A stretch of DNA of 64,000 nucleotides from Candidatus Latescibacterota bacterium (GTDB lineage: Bacteria; Latescibacterota; UBA2968; UBA8231), in NCBI GenBank assembly GCA_964291625.2, contig OZ220090.1:160001-224000 (forward strand). The letters run 5' to 3'. Positions 56,061 through 64,000 of the stretch are shown piece after piece; position 1 is the first letter of the stretch, and each line of letters opens with the position of its first letter. The notes under the pieces are model-generated. The model ran no database searches and was not told the origin of the DNA. It saw nothing but the letters and a program-made list of their open reading frames with translations. The translations under genes were made by a program, and so were the position numbers.

Positions 56061-57181
56061 GGATCACCTCCCTGGAGCCGATCCCGGTCCTGGTGCCCCT
56101 GAAGAAGGGGATGACGACGAAGACCGCCCACGGCGAGCACATCGACTCGCCGTACGTGCTGGTGAAGGTCCACACCGACGAGGGCCTCGTCGGGCTGGGG
56201 GAGGCGACTCTGTCGCCGCGGTGGAGCGGCGAGACCAGCCCCGGGTGCGCCGCCGCCGTCTCGCAGGTCCTCGAACCGGCCGTGAAGGGCGCCGACCCCC
56301 GGGACGTGCGCGCCGTCGCGCGGCGGATGGAGCAGGCCCTCAGCCTCAACCCCTTCACCCGGGCGGCGGTGGAGATGGCCTGCTGGGACATCGCCGGCAA
56401 GGCCGCGGGTCTCCCGGTCTACCGCCTGCTGGGCGGCAAGGTGCGGGACTCGGCGCCGATGAAGATGGTGGTGGGCGCCTTCGAGCCGCCGAGGGCCGCC
56501 GCCCTGGCGCAGCGCTTTCTCGACCGGGGGGTGCGTCACCTCAAGGTGAAGGTCGGCCTCGACGCGGCGCAGGACATCGAGCGCGTGCGCGTCGTGCGCG
56601 AGCTGGCCGGGGCGGACGTCTCCATCGGCGTCGACGCCAACTGCGGCTGGGACCTGGGCACGGCGCGCCGGACCCTGGCGGCCCTGGAGGCCTTCGACGT
56701 CACCTTCGCCGAGCAGCCCGTGGGCACCGACGACCCGCGGGCCCTGGCCGCGGTGCGCCGCTCGACGTCGATCCCGGTGATGGCCGACGAGAGCGTCTTC
56801 ACCCCGCGGGATGCGCTCGACCTGGTGCACGCCGACGCCGCCGACATCCTCGCCGTCTATCCCGGCAAGAACGCGGGCCTCCTCGGCTCCCTGGCCGTGG
56901 CCGGGATCGCCGCCGCCGCCGGGCTGGTCTGCAGCATGGGCAGCAACCTCGAGCTGGGGGTGGCCACGGCGGCCATGCTGCACCTGGCCGTGGCCGGTCC
57001 CGCCATCGACAGCGAGCGCTACCCGGGGGACCTGCTCGGCCCCCTGTACCACGACGCCGACATGATCACCGAGCCCCTGGAGCTGGGGCCCGTGGTGGCC
57101 GCGGTGCCGGAGGGCCCCGGCCTCGGGGTGGAGCTCGACGAGGAGCAGGTCGCCCGCTACCGCGACCCCGCCGCAACGTGA
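56057..57181 (+). CDS. Enolase superfamily, muconate cycloisomerase/mandelate racemase subgroup
   Basis: GLGE, AAVEMACWD, KVKVG, DAN, EQP, DES, PGLGVELD. Confidence 0.9.
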   Translation: MRITSLEPIPVLVPLKKGMTTKTAHGEHIDSPYVLVKVHTDEGLVGLGEATLSPRWSGETSPGCAAAVSQVLEPAVKGADPRDVRAVARRMEQALSLNPFTRAAVEMACWDIAGKAAGLPVYRLLGGKVRDSAPMKMVVGAFEPPRAAALAQRFLDRGVRHLKVKVGLDAAQDIERVRVVRELAGADVSIGVDANCGWDLGTARRTLAALEAFDVTFAEQPVGTDDPRALAAVRRSTSIPVMADESVFTPRDALDLVHADAADILAVYPGKNAGLLGSLAVAGIAAAAGLVCSMGSNLELGVATAAMLHLAVAGPAIDSERYPGDLLGPLYHDADMITEPLELGPVVAAVPEGPGLGVELDEEQVARYRDPAAT

Positions 57182-58422
57182 GCCGCCTCTACCACACGGA
57201 GGAGGGCCGCGTGATCCCCTCCCTCTGCGAGGAGCTGACGCGGTTCCGGTGGGCCCGAAAGGCCCTCGACCTGCCGGCGACCTCCGCGCCGGCCGAGGTC
57301 TTCGTGCTGGCGCGGGCCTATCCCGGCCACACCGGGCCCCTGCGGCTGGCCGTGAACGGCGGGGAAGCGCTGGCCGTGCAGCCGTCGGGGCCGGGCGTCT
57401 ACCAGTGGTACCGGGTGCAGGTGGAGGCGGGGGCCCTGCGCGAGGGACCCAACCACTTCGAGCTGTGGACCGATACCAGGGCCATGGACGGCTGGTCCCT
57501 GGCCCTGGAGGCCGGTCACCCTTCACCGGGATCGGAGCTCAGCGACGACGGCGGCATCACCTGGCGCCGGGAGCGCATGGGCTACCTGAACGCGGTGCTT
57601 GCCGAGTACGTCGTCCGCGTGCGCCTGGAAGAGGGCGAGGATCCGCCGCCGCCGGCGATGGTCTGGGAGGATCCCGGGTCGCAGCGGGTGCAGTCGCTTC
57701 GCGAGCGCCTGCCCGCGGGGGCGCGGGAGGGGGGCGATACCCTGGCCCGGGCGCGGGTCCTGTCCTCGTGGCTGGCGGCTGGTTGGGAGCACACCAGTTC
57801 CGCCAGGGGTCACCTCTACGGCCCCTGGGACGCCGAGACCGCCCTCTCCTGGGGGCCGGCGCGACAGGGGCACAACGGCCAGCGGCCGATCCTGATGTGC
57901 GTGCACTATGCCGCCAGCCTGGCCAGCGCCTGCCAGAGCGTGGGCATCCCGTCCCGCTGCGCCGCCCTGACCGAGGCGGTGAACGGATCCAACGGCCACT
58001 TCGTCGCCGAGGTCTGGGCCCCCGAGTGGGAGAAGTGGGTCGTCGTCGATCCCAACCTCGACGCCCTCTTCGTCGAGGACGGAGCCCCCATGTCGATGGC
58101 CGAGATCCAGTCCGCGGGCCCGGCCATCGGAACCCGCATCGAATTCGGCGCCGGCACCTCCTTCCAGCGCGCCTTCCCGCACATGATCGAGTTCCTGGAG
58201 CAGAACCTCTCGAGGGGGTTGTGCTTCCGCCACCGCAGTCTCTGGCACCGCGCCGACCTGCTCTCCCGCCCCAGGTTCTCACCCCCCGGACACGGGTCGC
58301 TGAGCTACTGCGAGACCGGCCTGGTATGGGAACGGCGGGACCTGGAGAGGGGCTTCGGCATGTTCCCGAGCTTCGCAGACTCCGGCTGGTTCGACGCTCC
58401 TCCAGCCGGGTTCCCGGACTGA
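57178..58422 (+). CDS. Transglutaminase-like (Cys-His-Asp) domain protein with N-terminal beta-sandwich
   Basis: MCVHYA..GIPSR..GHFVAEVW..KWVVVDP. Asp-box-like SDDGGITW. Confidence 0.78.
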   Translation: MSRLYHTEEGRVIPSLCEELTRFRWARKALDLPATSAPAEVFVLARAYPGHTGPLRLAVNGGEALAVQPSGPGVYQWYRVQVEAGALREGPNHFELWTDTRAMDGWSLALEAGHPSPGSELSDDGGITWRRERMGYLNAVLAEYVVRVRLEEGEDPPPPAMVWEDPGSQRVQSLRERLPAGAREGGDTLARARVLSSWLAAGWEHTSSARGHLYGPWDAETALSWGPARQGHNGQRPILMCVHYAASLASACQSVGIPSRCAALTEAVNGSNGHFVAEVWAPEWEKWVVVDPNLDALFVEDGAPMSMAEIQSAGPAIGTRIEFGAGTSFQRAFPHMIEFLEQNLSRGLCFRHRSLWHRADLLSRPRFSPPGHGSLSYCETGLVWERRDLERGFGMFPSFADSGWFDAPPAGFPD

Positions 58423-58443
58423 TGGAGCGGGGCCGGACCCGCG

Positions 58444-58472
58444 TTTACAGGGAGAAGGCCCTTTGCTATACT
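58444..58472 (+). promoter_or_regulatory. Sigma-70 promoter of lepB (likely leaderless)
   Basis: TTTACA-17 bp-TATACT with extended TGn. ATG 58480 follows the -10 box by 7 nt. Confidence 0.7.
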
Positions 58473-58479
58473 CCGAAAC

Positions 58480-59202
58480 ATGCCGAGCATGACCTCTTCG
58501 CGCCCCCGGGGCGGCGGCGCCCGCCAGTACGGATCCTCCATCATCGTCGCCGTCGGTCTCGCCCTGCTCATCCGCAGCTCGGTGGTGCAGGCCTTCTACA
58601 TCCCCTCCGCCTCCATGGAGGACACCCTCCTCAAGGGCGACTACCTGCTGGCCAACAAGTTCATCTACGGCGCCCCCCTCGAGCTGCCGGGCATGGACGG
58701 ACCCCTCTTCCGGCTCCCCGCCCTGCGCGATCCGCAGCCGGGGGACATCGTCATCTTCCGCTCCCTCACCGAGCCGGGGCGCGATCTCATCAAGCGCTGC
58801 GTCGCCGTGGGGGGGCAGGTGGTGGAGATCCGTGACAAGGCGCTCATCGTCGACGGGAAGCCCTCCCGGATGCCGACTCTGGGGAAGTACACGGAGACGG
58901 CCTTCATACCGGGGTCGATGAGCTCGCGAGACAACCTGGGACCCCTGCGCGTCCCCGGCGGCCATTTCTTCATGATGGGAGACAACCGCGACAACAGCAA
59001 GGACAGCCGCATCTTCGGGCCCGTCCCCAAGGAGCGCATCAAGGGGAAGGCGATGATCATCTACTGGTCCTCGACCCTGGTCCACGGCCCCCTGATTCAC
59101 GGCCTGCCGCAGATGGTGCTCGACGCGGGGAACTTCCTCCTGAACCTCCCGACCCTGCCCTTCCGGTCCCGCTACACCCGACTGGGCACGGTCATCCACT
59201 AG
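58480..59202 (+). CDS. lepB: Signal peptidase I
   Basis: IPSASMEDTL..GD, DLIKR, MGDNRDNSKDSR.FG. Confidence 0.95.
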   Translation: MPSMTSSRPRGGGARQYGSSIIVAVGLALLIRSSVVQAFYIPSASMEDTLLKGDYLLANKFIYGAPLELPGMDGPLFRLPALRDPQPGDIVIFRSLTEPGRDLIKRCVAVGGQVVEIRDKALIVDGKPSRMPTLGKYTETAFIPGSMSSRDNLGPLRVPGGHFFMMGDNRDNSKDSRIFGPVPKERIKGKAMIIYWSSTLVHGPLIHGLPQMVLDAGNFLLNLPTLPFRSRYTRLGTVIH

Positions 59203-59214
59203 GAGCCCCTTCCC

Positions 59215-60963
59215 ATCGCCGAGGACGGAGAACGCCCCGGCCGCCGCCCCCGCGGCGACGAGGTCGACCCCTTCGAAGACGAGCGCTTCCGAGGCGGCGA
59301 GCCGGAGGAGGAGCACGACGACGAGCCGCTGCGGCTCGTCGACCAGGTTCTGCTGAGCCTGTCCGAGCGCGACCCGGCGCGGCCGCTGCTCTACCACCTG
59401 CGGCGGCAGCTGATGGAGCGCGAGATCACCTTCCAGGAGGCGCGGCGGACCCTCGTCGAGCTGGAGACGGCGCTGGAGAAGGTCACGGCCCCCGCCAACC
59501 GCGTGGGCATCTTCCTCGGGTCGCCGAAGGAAGGGGTGGCCACCGTCTTCGTCAGCGGTTCCGAGTACTACGCCAACATCGACCCGCGCGTGAATCCCGC
59601 CGATCTCACCGTGGGCGCCCGGGTGCTGATCAACGAGGCCTACGCCATCGTCGGGCTCCTGGGTTCCGCCCCGGCGGGCCCCGTGGCCCGCATATCCGAC
59701 CTGCTGGAGGACGGCCGGCTGCGCCTCGGCAACGAGCACGGCACCACCGACCTGGTCATCGAGCGCTCCGAGGCTCTCGCCGGCGTCGACCTGAAGGTGG
59801 GCGACGAGGTGCGCACCGACCCGTCGATGAAGGTCGCCCTGGAACGGCTGGCCTCGAAGGAGAGCCGCGAGTACTTCCTCGAGGACATCCCGCACGTGCC
59901 GTGGAGCCGCATCGGCGGCCAGGAGGAGGCGATCCGGGCGATCCGGGACACGATCGAGCTGCCCGCCCTGCACCCGGAGCTGTTCGAGAGGTTCGAGTAC
60001 TCCACGCCCAAGGGATTCCTGCTCTACGGCCCCCCGGGGTGCGGCAAGACCCTGATCGGCAAGGCCACCGCCTACAGCCTCGTGCAGCACCTGCGCGAGG
60101 AGGAGGGCCTGCAGGTGGAGGAGTACTTCATGCACATCAAGGGGCCGGAGATCCTCAACATGTGGCTCGGGGAGACCGAGCGCATGGTGCGCGAGGTCTT
60201 CGCCCAGGCCCGGCAGAAGCGCAAGGAGGGCTTCCTGCCCTTCATCTTCATCGACGAGGCCGAGTCGATCCTGGGAACGCGCCGGTCGATGCGCAGCCAC
60301 CACATCGCCAACACCGTGGTCCCCATGTTCTGCACCGAGATGGACGGCATCGAGTCGCTGCAGGAGGTGGTCATCATCCTCGCCTCCAACCGCCACGACC
60401 TGATCGACCCGGCGATCCTGCGCCCGGGGCGGATCGACCGCAAGATCAAGGTCGACCGGCCCGGCCGCGAGGCGGCGGAGGAGATCTTCGGCCTCTACCT
60501 CGGGCCGGGGCTGCCCCTCGACCCGGCCGCGGTGAGCGGGCACGGCAGCGCCGAGGCGGCGCGCCAGGGCCTGATCGCGGCGGCGGCGGCGGCCCTCTTC
60601 GCGCGCACCGAGGAGACCCGGGTCCTGGAGGTGGCGCTGCGCAGCGGCCGCACCGAGAGCCTCCACTTCGGAGACCTGGCCTCGGGGGCTCTCATCGACA
60701 ACATCGTGCAGCGCGCCAAGGAGACGGCGATCAAGCGGGCCATCGCCGCCGAGGACGGGGAGGCCGCCGGCGTGAGCGAGCAGGACCTGCTCGGGGCGGT
60801 GCGCGCCGAGTTCCGCGAGAGCGAGGTCTTCCCGCCCACCGACAGCGTCGAGGACTGGCTCAAGCTCCTCGACTACGACCCCGACAACGTGGTGCGCGTC
60901 AACCCCCGCTCCGCCGCCGCCGACCGCCCCGCCCCCGCGGGCGCCTCCGGAAGCGTCATCTGA
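59215..60963 (+). CDS. arc: Proteasome-associated AAA ATPase ARC/Mpa
   Basis: Coiled coil plus OB domains, YGPPGCGKT, IKGPEIL, FIDEAES, DPAILRPGRID. First ATG is 59413, but the frame is open and coding-like from ATC 59215 behind AGGAG. Confidence 0.9.
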   Translation: MAEDGERPGRRPRGDEVDPFEDERFRGGEPEEEHDDEPLRLVDQVLLSLSERDPARPLLYHLRRQLMEREITFQEARRTLVELETALEKVTAPANRVGIFLGSPKEGVATVFVSGSEYYANIDPRVNPADLTVGARVLINEAYAIVGLLGSAPAGPVARISDLLEDGRLRLGNEHGTTDLVIERSEALAGVDLKVGDEVRTDPSMKVALERLASKESREYFLEDIPHVPWSRIGGQEEAIRAIRDTIELPALHPELFERFEYSTPKGFLLYGPPGCGKTLIGKATAYSLVQHLREEEGLQVEEYFMHIKGPEILNMWLGETERMVREVFAQARQKRKEGFLPFIFIDEAESILGTRRSMRSHHIANTVVPMFCTEMDGIESLQEVVIILASNRHDLIDPAILRPGRIDRKIKVDRPGREAAEEIFGLYLGPGLPLDPAAVSGHGSAEAARQGLIAAAAAALFARTEETRVLEVALRSGRTESLHFGDLASGALIDNIVQRAKETAIKRAIAAEDGEAAGVSEQDLLGAVRAEFRESEVFPPTDSVEDWLKLLDYDPDNVVRVNPRSAAADRPAPAGASGSVI

Positions 60964-60967
60964 ACGG

Positions 60968-62500
60968 ATGTTCGGCCTGGAGACCGAGTACGGGATCCAG
61001 GTCGACGGCGTCGACGATCTCGACGTCGTCGTCGAGTCGATGGAGCTGATCCGCTGCTACCTGCGGGAGGACTTCGTCGCCCGCTGGGACTACGGCCTCG
61101 AGAACCCGCGCCGCGACATGCGCGGCTTCGAGGTCGACGGGCTGCTGAACGACCGCGACGAGACCGAGCACCTGCAGAAGGACCGGGCCCGCAAGATCCC
61201 CCTGAAGGACCTCAAGTCCGACCTCATCCTCGGCAACGGCGCCCGCCTCTACAACGACCACACCCACCCCGAGTACAGCACCGCCGAGTGCCTGACCCTG
61301 GCCGACCTGGTGGCCCAGGACCGCGCCGGCGAGGCCATCCTCCGGCACTGCGCCCGCCGGCGCAGCGCCCTCCGCGGCCGGGGGGTGGTGCGCCTCTACA
61401 AGAACAACACCGACTTCGACGGCCACAGCTACGGCTGCCACGAGAACTACCTGCTGCCCCGGGCGATCCCCTTCGACGACGTCATCGCCGCCCTGCTGCC
61501 CTTCCTGGTGACGCGCCAGATCTACGCCGGCGCCGGCAAGGTCGGGGTGGAGACCGGCTCGCGGACCGACCCCGGCCTCTACCAGCTGGCCCAGAGGTCC
61601 GACTTCTTCGAGGTCATCGCCAGCGTCGACACCATGACCCGCCGGCCCCTGGTCAACACCCGCGACGAGCCCCACGCCGACGCCGACCGCTACCGGCGCC
61701 TGCACATCATCATCGGCGACGCCAACCTCTGCGAGTGGGCCACGGCGCTGAAGGTGGGGGCCCTGCGCCTCGTTCTGGACCTGCTGATGGCCGGGAAGGC
61801 CCCGCGGCTGGTCCTCGCCGACCCGGTGGGTGCCGTGAAGGCGATCAGCCGCGACCCCCGCCGCCGCTGGGAGGTGGAGCTGGAGGACCGCCGCCCGACC
61901 ACGGCGATCGAGATCCAGCGCGCCTACCTCGAGGGCGCCCGGGAGCTGGCCGCCGGCCGCGACGCCGAGACCGACTGGGTCCTGGGGGAGTGGGGGTTCG
62001 CCCTCGACGCCCTCGGGGGCGACCCGGCGCAACTGACCGGCCGCTGCGACTGGGTGACCAAGAAGTGGCTCCTCGACGCCTTCGCCGAGGCCGAGGGGCT
62101 CGACTGGGGCGACCCCGGCCACCGCGCCTGGCTGCAGAGCCAGGATCTGGAGTACCACAACGTCGATCCCGGGGAGGGGCTGTACCTGCTCCTGGAGCGC
62201 TCGGAAGGGGGCCCCGTCTTCCGCTTGAGCGACGCCGCCGCCATCGACCGCGCCCTCGTGGAGCCGCCGGAGCGCACGCGGGCGCGCTTCCGGGGCCGGG
62301 CGGTGGAGAAGTTCGGCGCCGCCGTGCGTTCGCTGAACTGGGACAGCATCGAATTCCAGGTCGACGGGAGGCTCGCCACGGTCGATCTGAAGTGTTGTGT
62401 CGACGCCGATTCGGCGGCTATCTTCAACGACAAGCTCGACCGGGCGGGGTCGGTGGCCGAGTTGCTGGAGGCCCTGTCCGAAGCGGTGCCGGAGCGGTGA
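60968..62500 (+). CDS. dop: Dop-like deamidase/depupylase (PafA/Dop family)
   Basis: FGLETEYG, Dop loop WDY..ENPRRDMRGF, NGARLYNDHTHPEY, SYGCHENY, NTRDEPHAD, RLHIIIGDAN, DLEYH. Confidence 0.88.
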   Translation: MFGLETEYGIQVDGVDDLDVVVESMELIRCYLREDFVARWDYGLENPRRDMRGFEVDGLLNDRDETEHLQKDRARKIPLKDLKSDLILGNGARLYNDHTHPEYSTAECLTLADLVAQDRAGEAILRHCARRRSALRGRGVVRLYKNNTDFDGHSYGCHENYLLPRAIPFDDVIAALLPFLVTRQIYAGAGKVGVETGSRTDPGLYQLAQRSDFFEVIASVDTMTRRPLVNTRDEPHADADRYRRLHIIIGDANLCEWATALKVGALRLVLDLLMAGKAPRLVLADPVGAVKAISRDPRRRWEVELEDRRPTTAIEIQRAYLEGARELAAGRDAETDWVLGEWGFALDALGGDPAQLTGRCDWVTKKWLLDAFAEAEGLDWGDPGHRAWLQSQDLEYHNVDPGEGLYLLLERSEGGPVFRLSDAAAIDRALVEPPERTRARFRGRAVEKFGAAVRSLNWDSIEFQVDGRLATVDLKCCVDADSAAIFNDKLDRAGSVAELLEALSEAVPER

Positions 62501-62516
62501 GACGAGGGAGCTTCCG

Positions 62517-62708
62517 ATGACCCGAGGATTCGAACTGGGCGAGCGAACCACCCGTCCGAGGCCGATGGACGGCGGCGACGAAGGCGGCGACGACCAGGGA
62601 CCGCGGCGCCCCAAGGTGGAGCGCCCCGACACCGACGACCTGCTGCGCCGCATGCGCCGGGTCGATCCGAACCAGGCGCGCCGATACCGCCAGCGCACGG
62701 GCCAGTAG
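62517..62708 (+). CDS. ubact: UBact, Pup-analogous bacterial protein modifier
   Basis: 63-aa low-complexity protein between dop and prcB, with LLRRMRRVDPNQARRYRQRTGQ. The R(T/S)G(E/Q) C-terminus defines UBact. Confidence 0.9.
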   Translation: MTRGFELGERTTRPRPMDGGDEGGDDQGPRRPKVERPDTDDLLRRMRRVDPNQARRYRQRTGQ

Positions 62709-62736
62709 CGCCGGCCGACGGTGCATCCGCGGCGCC

Positions 62737-63528
62737 ATGGAGAGCGCCGACTTCCTCAACATCCTCAAGGAGCGCGGGCAGTTGCCGCCCGCGCCCGACG
62801 TCCCGGCTCCCGCGGCCTCCGCAGCCTCTGCGGCCTCCGCAGGAGAGGTGGCGGAGGGCACGACGATCCTCGCGGTGCGCTGTGCCGAGGGGGTCCTGGT
62901 CGCCGGCGACCGCCGCGCCACGGCGGGCCACACCGTCATCCACGACCGCGCCGACAAGGTGCTCTCCGTGGACGACCGCTCGGTGCTCGCCCTCTCCGGA
63001 TCCCCGGCGAGCGCCTACGAGATCGCCCGCATGCTGGAGATCTCCTTCCAGCACTACCGCCGCACCCAGCTGCAGGAGCTGAGCCTCGACGGACGGTTGC
63101 GCACCCTGTCGCGGCTGCTGCGCGAGAACCTGCCCCTGGCGCTGCAGGGGATCGGCGCCGTGGTCCCCATCTACGCCACCTGCGAGGACGCCGGCTCCGG
63201 CCCCGAGGGCAAGATCTTCTTCTACGACGTCCTCGGCGCCACCTTCGAGTCCGTCGACTTCTGCACCACCGGCTCCGGATCGCCGATCATCCGCGGCGCC
63301 CTCTACTACCTCAACCGCTGGGAGCGGCCCTTCGCCGAGCGCAGCGGCGGCGAGGCCCTGGAGCTGGTGGTGAAGATGCTGGAGACGGCGGCCGAGTACG
63401 ACACCGCCACGGGCGGCTTCAAGGCGACGGCCGCCATCTATCCCCAGGTGATGCGGGTCACCGGCGAGGGCATCTTCACGGTCCCCGAAGGGGAGCTGGC
63501 ACAGGTCTACGCCGGGTTGAGCGGCTGA
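62737..63528 (+). CDS. prcB: 20S proteasome beta subunit
   Basis: Propeptide then EG|TTILA, GDRRAT, KV, TGSGS, DTATGG. Confidence 0.93.
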   Translation: MESADFLNILKERGQLPPAPDVPAPAASAASAASAGEVAEGTTILAVRCAEGVLVAGDRRATAGHTVIHDRADKVLSVDDRSVLALSGSPASAYEIARMLEISFQHYRRTQLQELSLDGRLRTLSRLLRENLPLALQGIGAVVPIYATCEDAGSGPEGKIFFYDVLGATFESVDFCTTGSGSPIIRGALYYLNRWERPFAERSGGEALELVVKMLETAAEYDTATGGFKATAAIYPQVMRVTGEGIFTVPEGELAQVYAGLSG

Positions 63529-64000
63529 TGCTGGACGAGCCCTACCGCTGGGTCGAGGCGATCCGCAACCGGCGCGAGTACACCGAGGACCAGCTCGCGG
63601 GGGCCAGCCCCGTGGTCGCCCTGGCCTACGACGACGGCCTGCTGCTGCTCACCTCGACGCCGGGGCCGCGCAAGCTCTTCGAGGTCTACAACCAGGTGGG
63701 CTTCGCCGGCATCGGCCATCCCGCCGACATCGAGAAGCTGCGCAAGGCGGTCATCGACATCGCCCACGTGGAGGTCTTCAACCTGTCGGCCAGCGACGTC
63801 TCCCTGCAGCGGCTGGTCAACCTCGGCGTGGGGCCCCTGATGAAGTCCGCCTTCGACGAGATCTTCCGCTCGCCCTACATCGCCCGCGTCCTGGTGGCCG
63901 AGCTCGACCCGCCGGCGGCGGCGGAGACGTTCTACACCATCGATCCCGACGGCTCCTTCAACAGCGCCGCCGAGGCCGCCGCCATCGCCGGCTCCTCCGA
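63528..64000 (+). CDS. prcA: 20S proteasome alpha subunit (partial, runs off the window)
   Basis: TGATG coupling to prcB. MLDEPYRWVEAIRNRREY..SPVVALAYDDG..RKLFEVYNQVGFAGIG. Confidence 0.88.
   Translation, partial: MLDEPYRWVEAIRNRREYTEDQLAGASPVVALAYDDGLLLLTSTPGPRKLFEVYNQVGFAGIGHPADIEKLRKAVIDIAHVEVFNLSASDVSLQRLVNLGVGPLMKSAFDEIFRSPYIARVLVAELDPPAAAETFYTIDPDGSFNSAAEAAAIAGSS

Noticed and set aside
62517-62708. Calling the small modifier Pup
   Set aside because: Lacks the Pup GG(E/Q) end. RTGQ and the preceding sequence fit UBact.

Overview
Very GC-rich bacterial window with three blocks. (1) 1-41201: a long, mostly minus-strand operon for an uncharacterised pathway. It has six secreted PQQ-like beta-propeller proteins, an EhpF/GriC-like adenylating enzyme, a GriD/LuxC-like reductase, an Fe-alcohol dehydrogenase, a HemN-like radical SAM enzyme, a CoA ligase, a flavin halogenase-like enzyme, a GT4, a thioesterase, an SSS symporter and an ABC exporter. 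Several accessory cassettes without an integrase interrupt it. The most notable (11388-18420) is a four-gene candidate defence system: Upf1-like SF1 helicase, unknown protein, two-HKD PLD nuclease and CARF/RtcR-like sigma-54 activator. It has its own -24/-12 promoter and paired palindromic enhancer boxes, and it is bracketed by an intact and a decayed copy of a host gene. (2) 41344-58422: RRM protein, lactonase, a dnaE2 plus ImuB-like mutagenesis cassette, and catabolic genes. (3) 58444-64000: lepB followed by a UBact-proteasome operon (arc, dop, ubact, prcB, prcA). Short degenerate duplications of host gene segments recur, including a 7-unit array at the 5' end of a NUDIX gene. The gene content suggests a diderm, UBact-carrying lineage such as Handelsmanbacteria/Latescibacterota or Poribacteria-like (inference only). 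All family calls come from motif recognition by eye; no searches were run. No rRNA, tRNA, CRISPR array, transposase or integrase was recognised.
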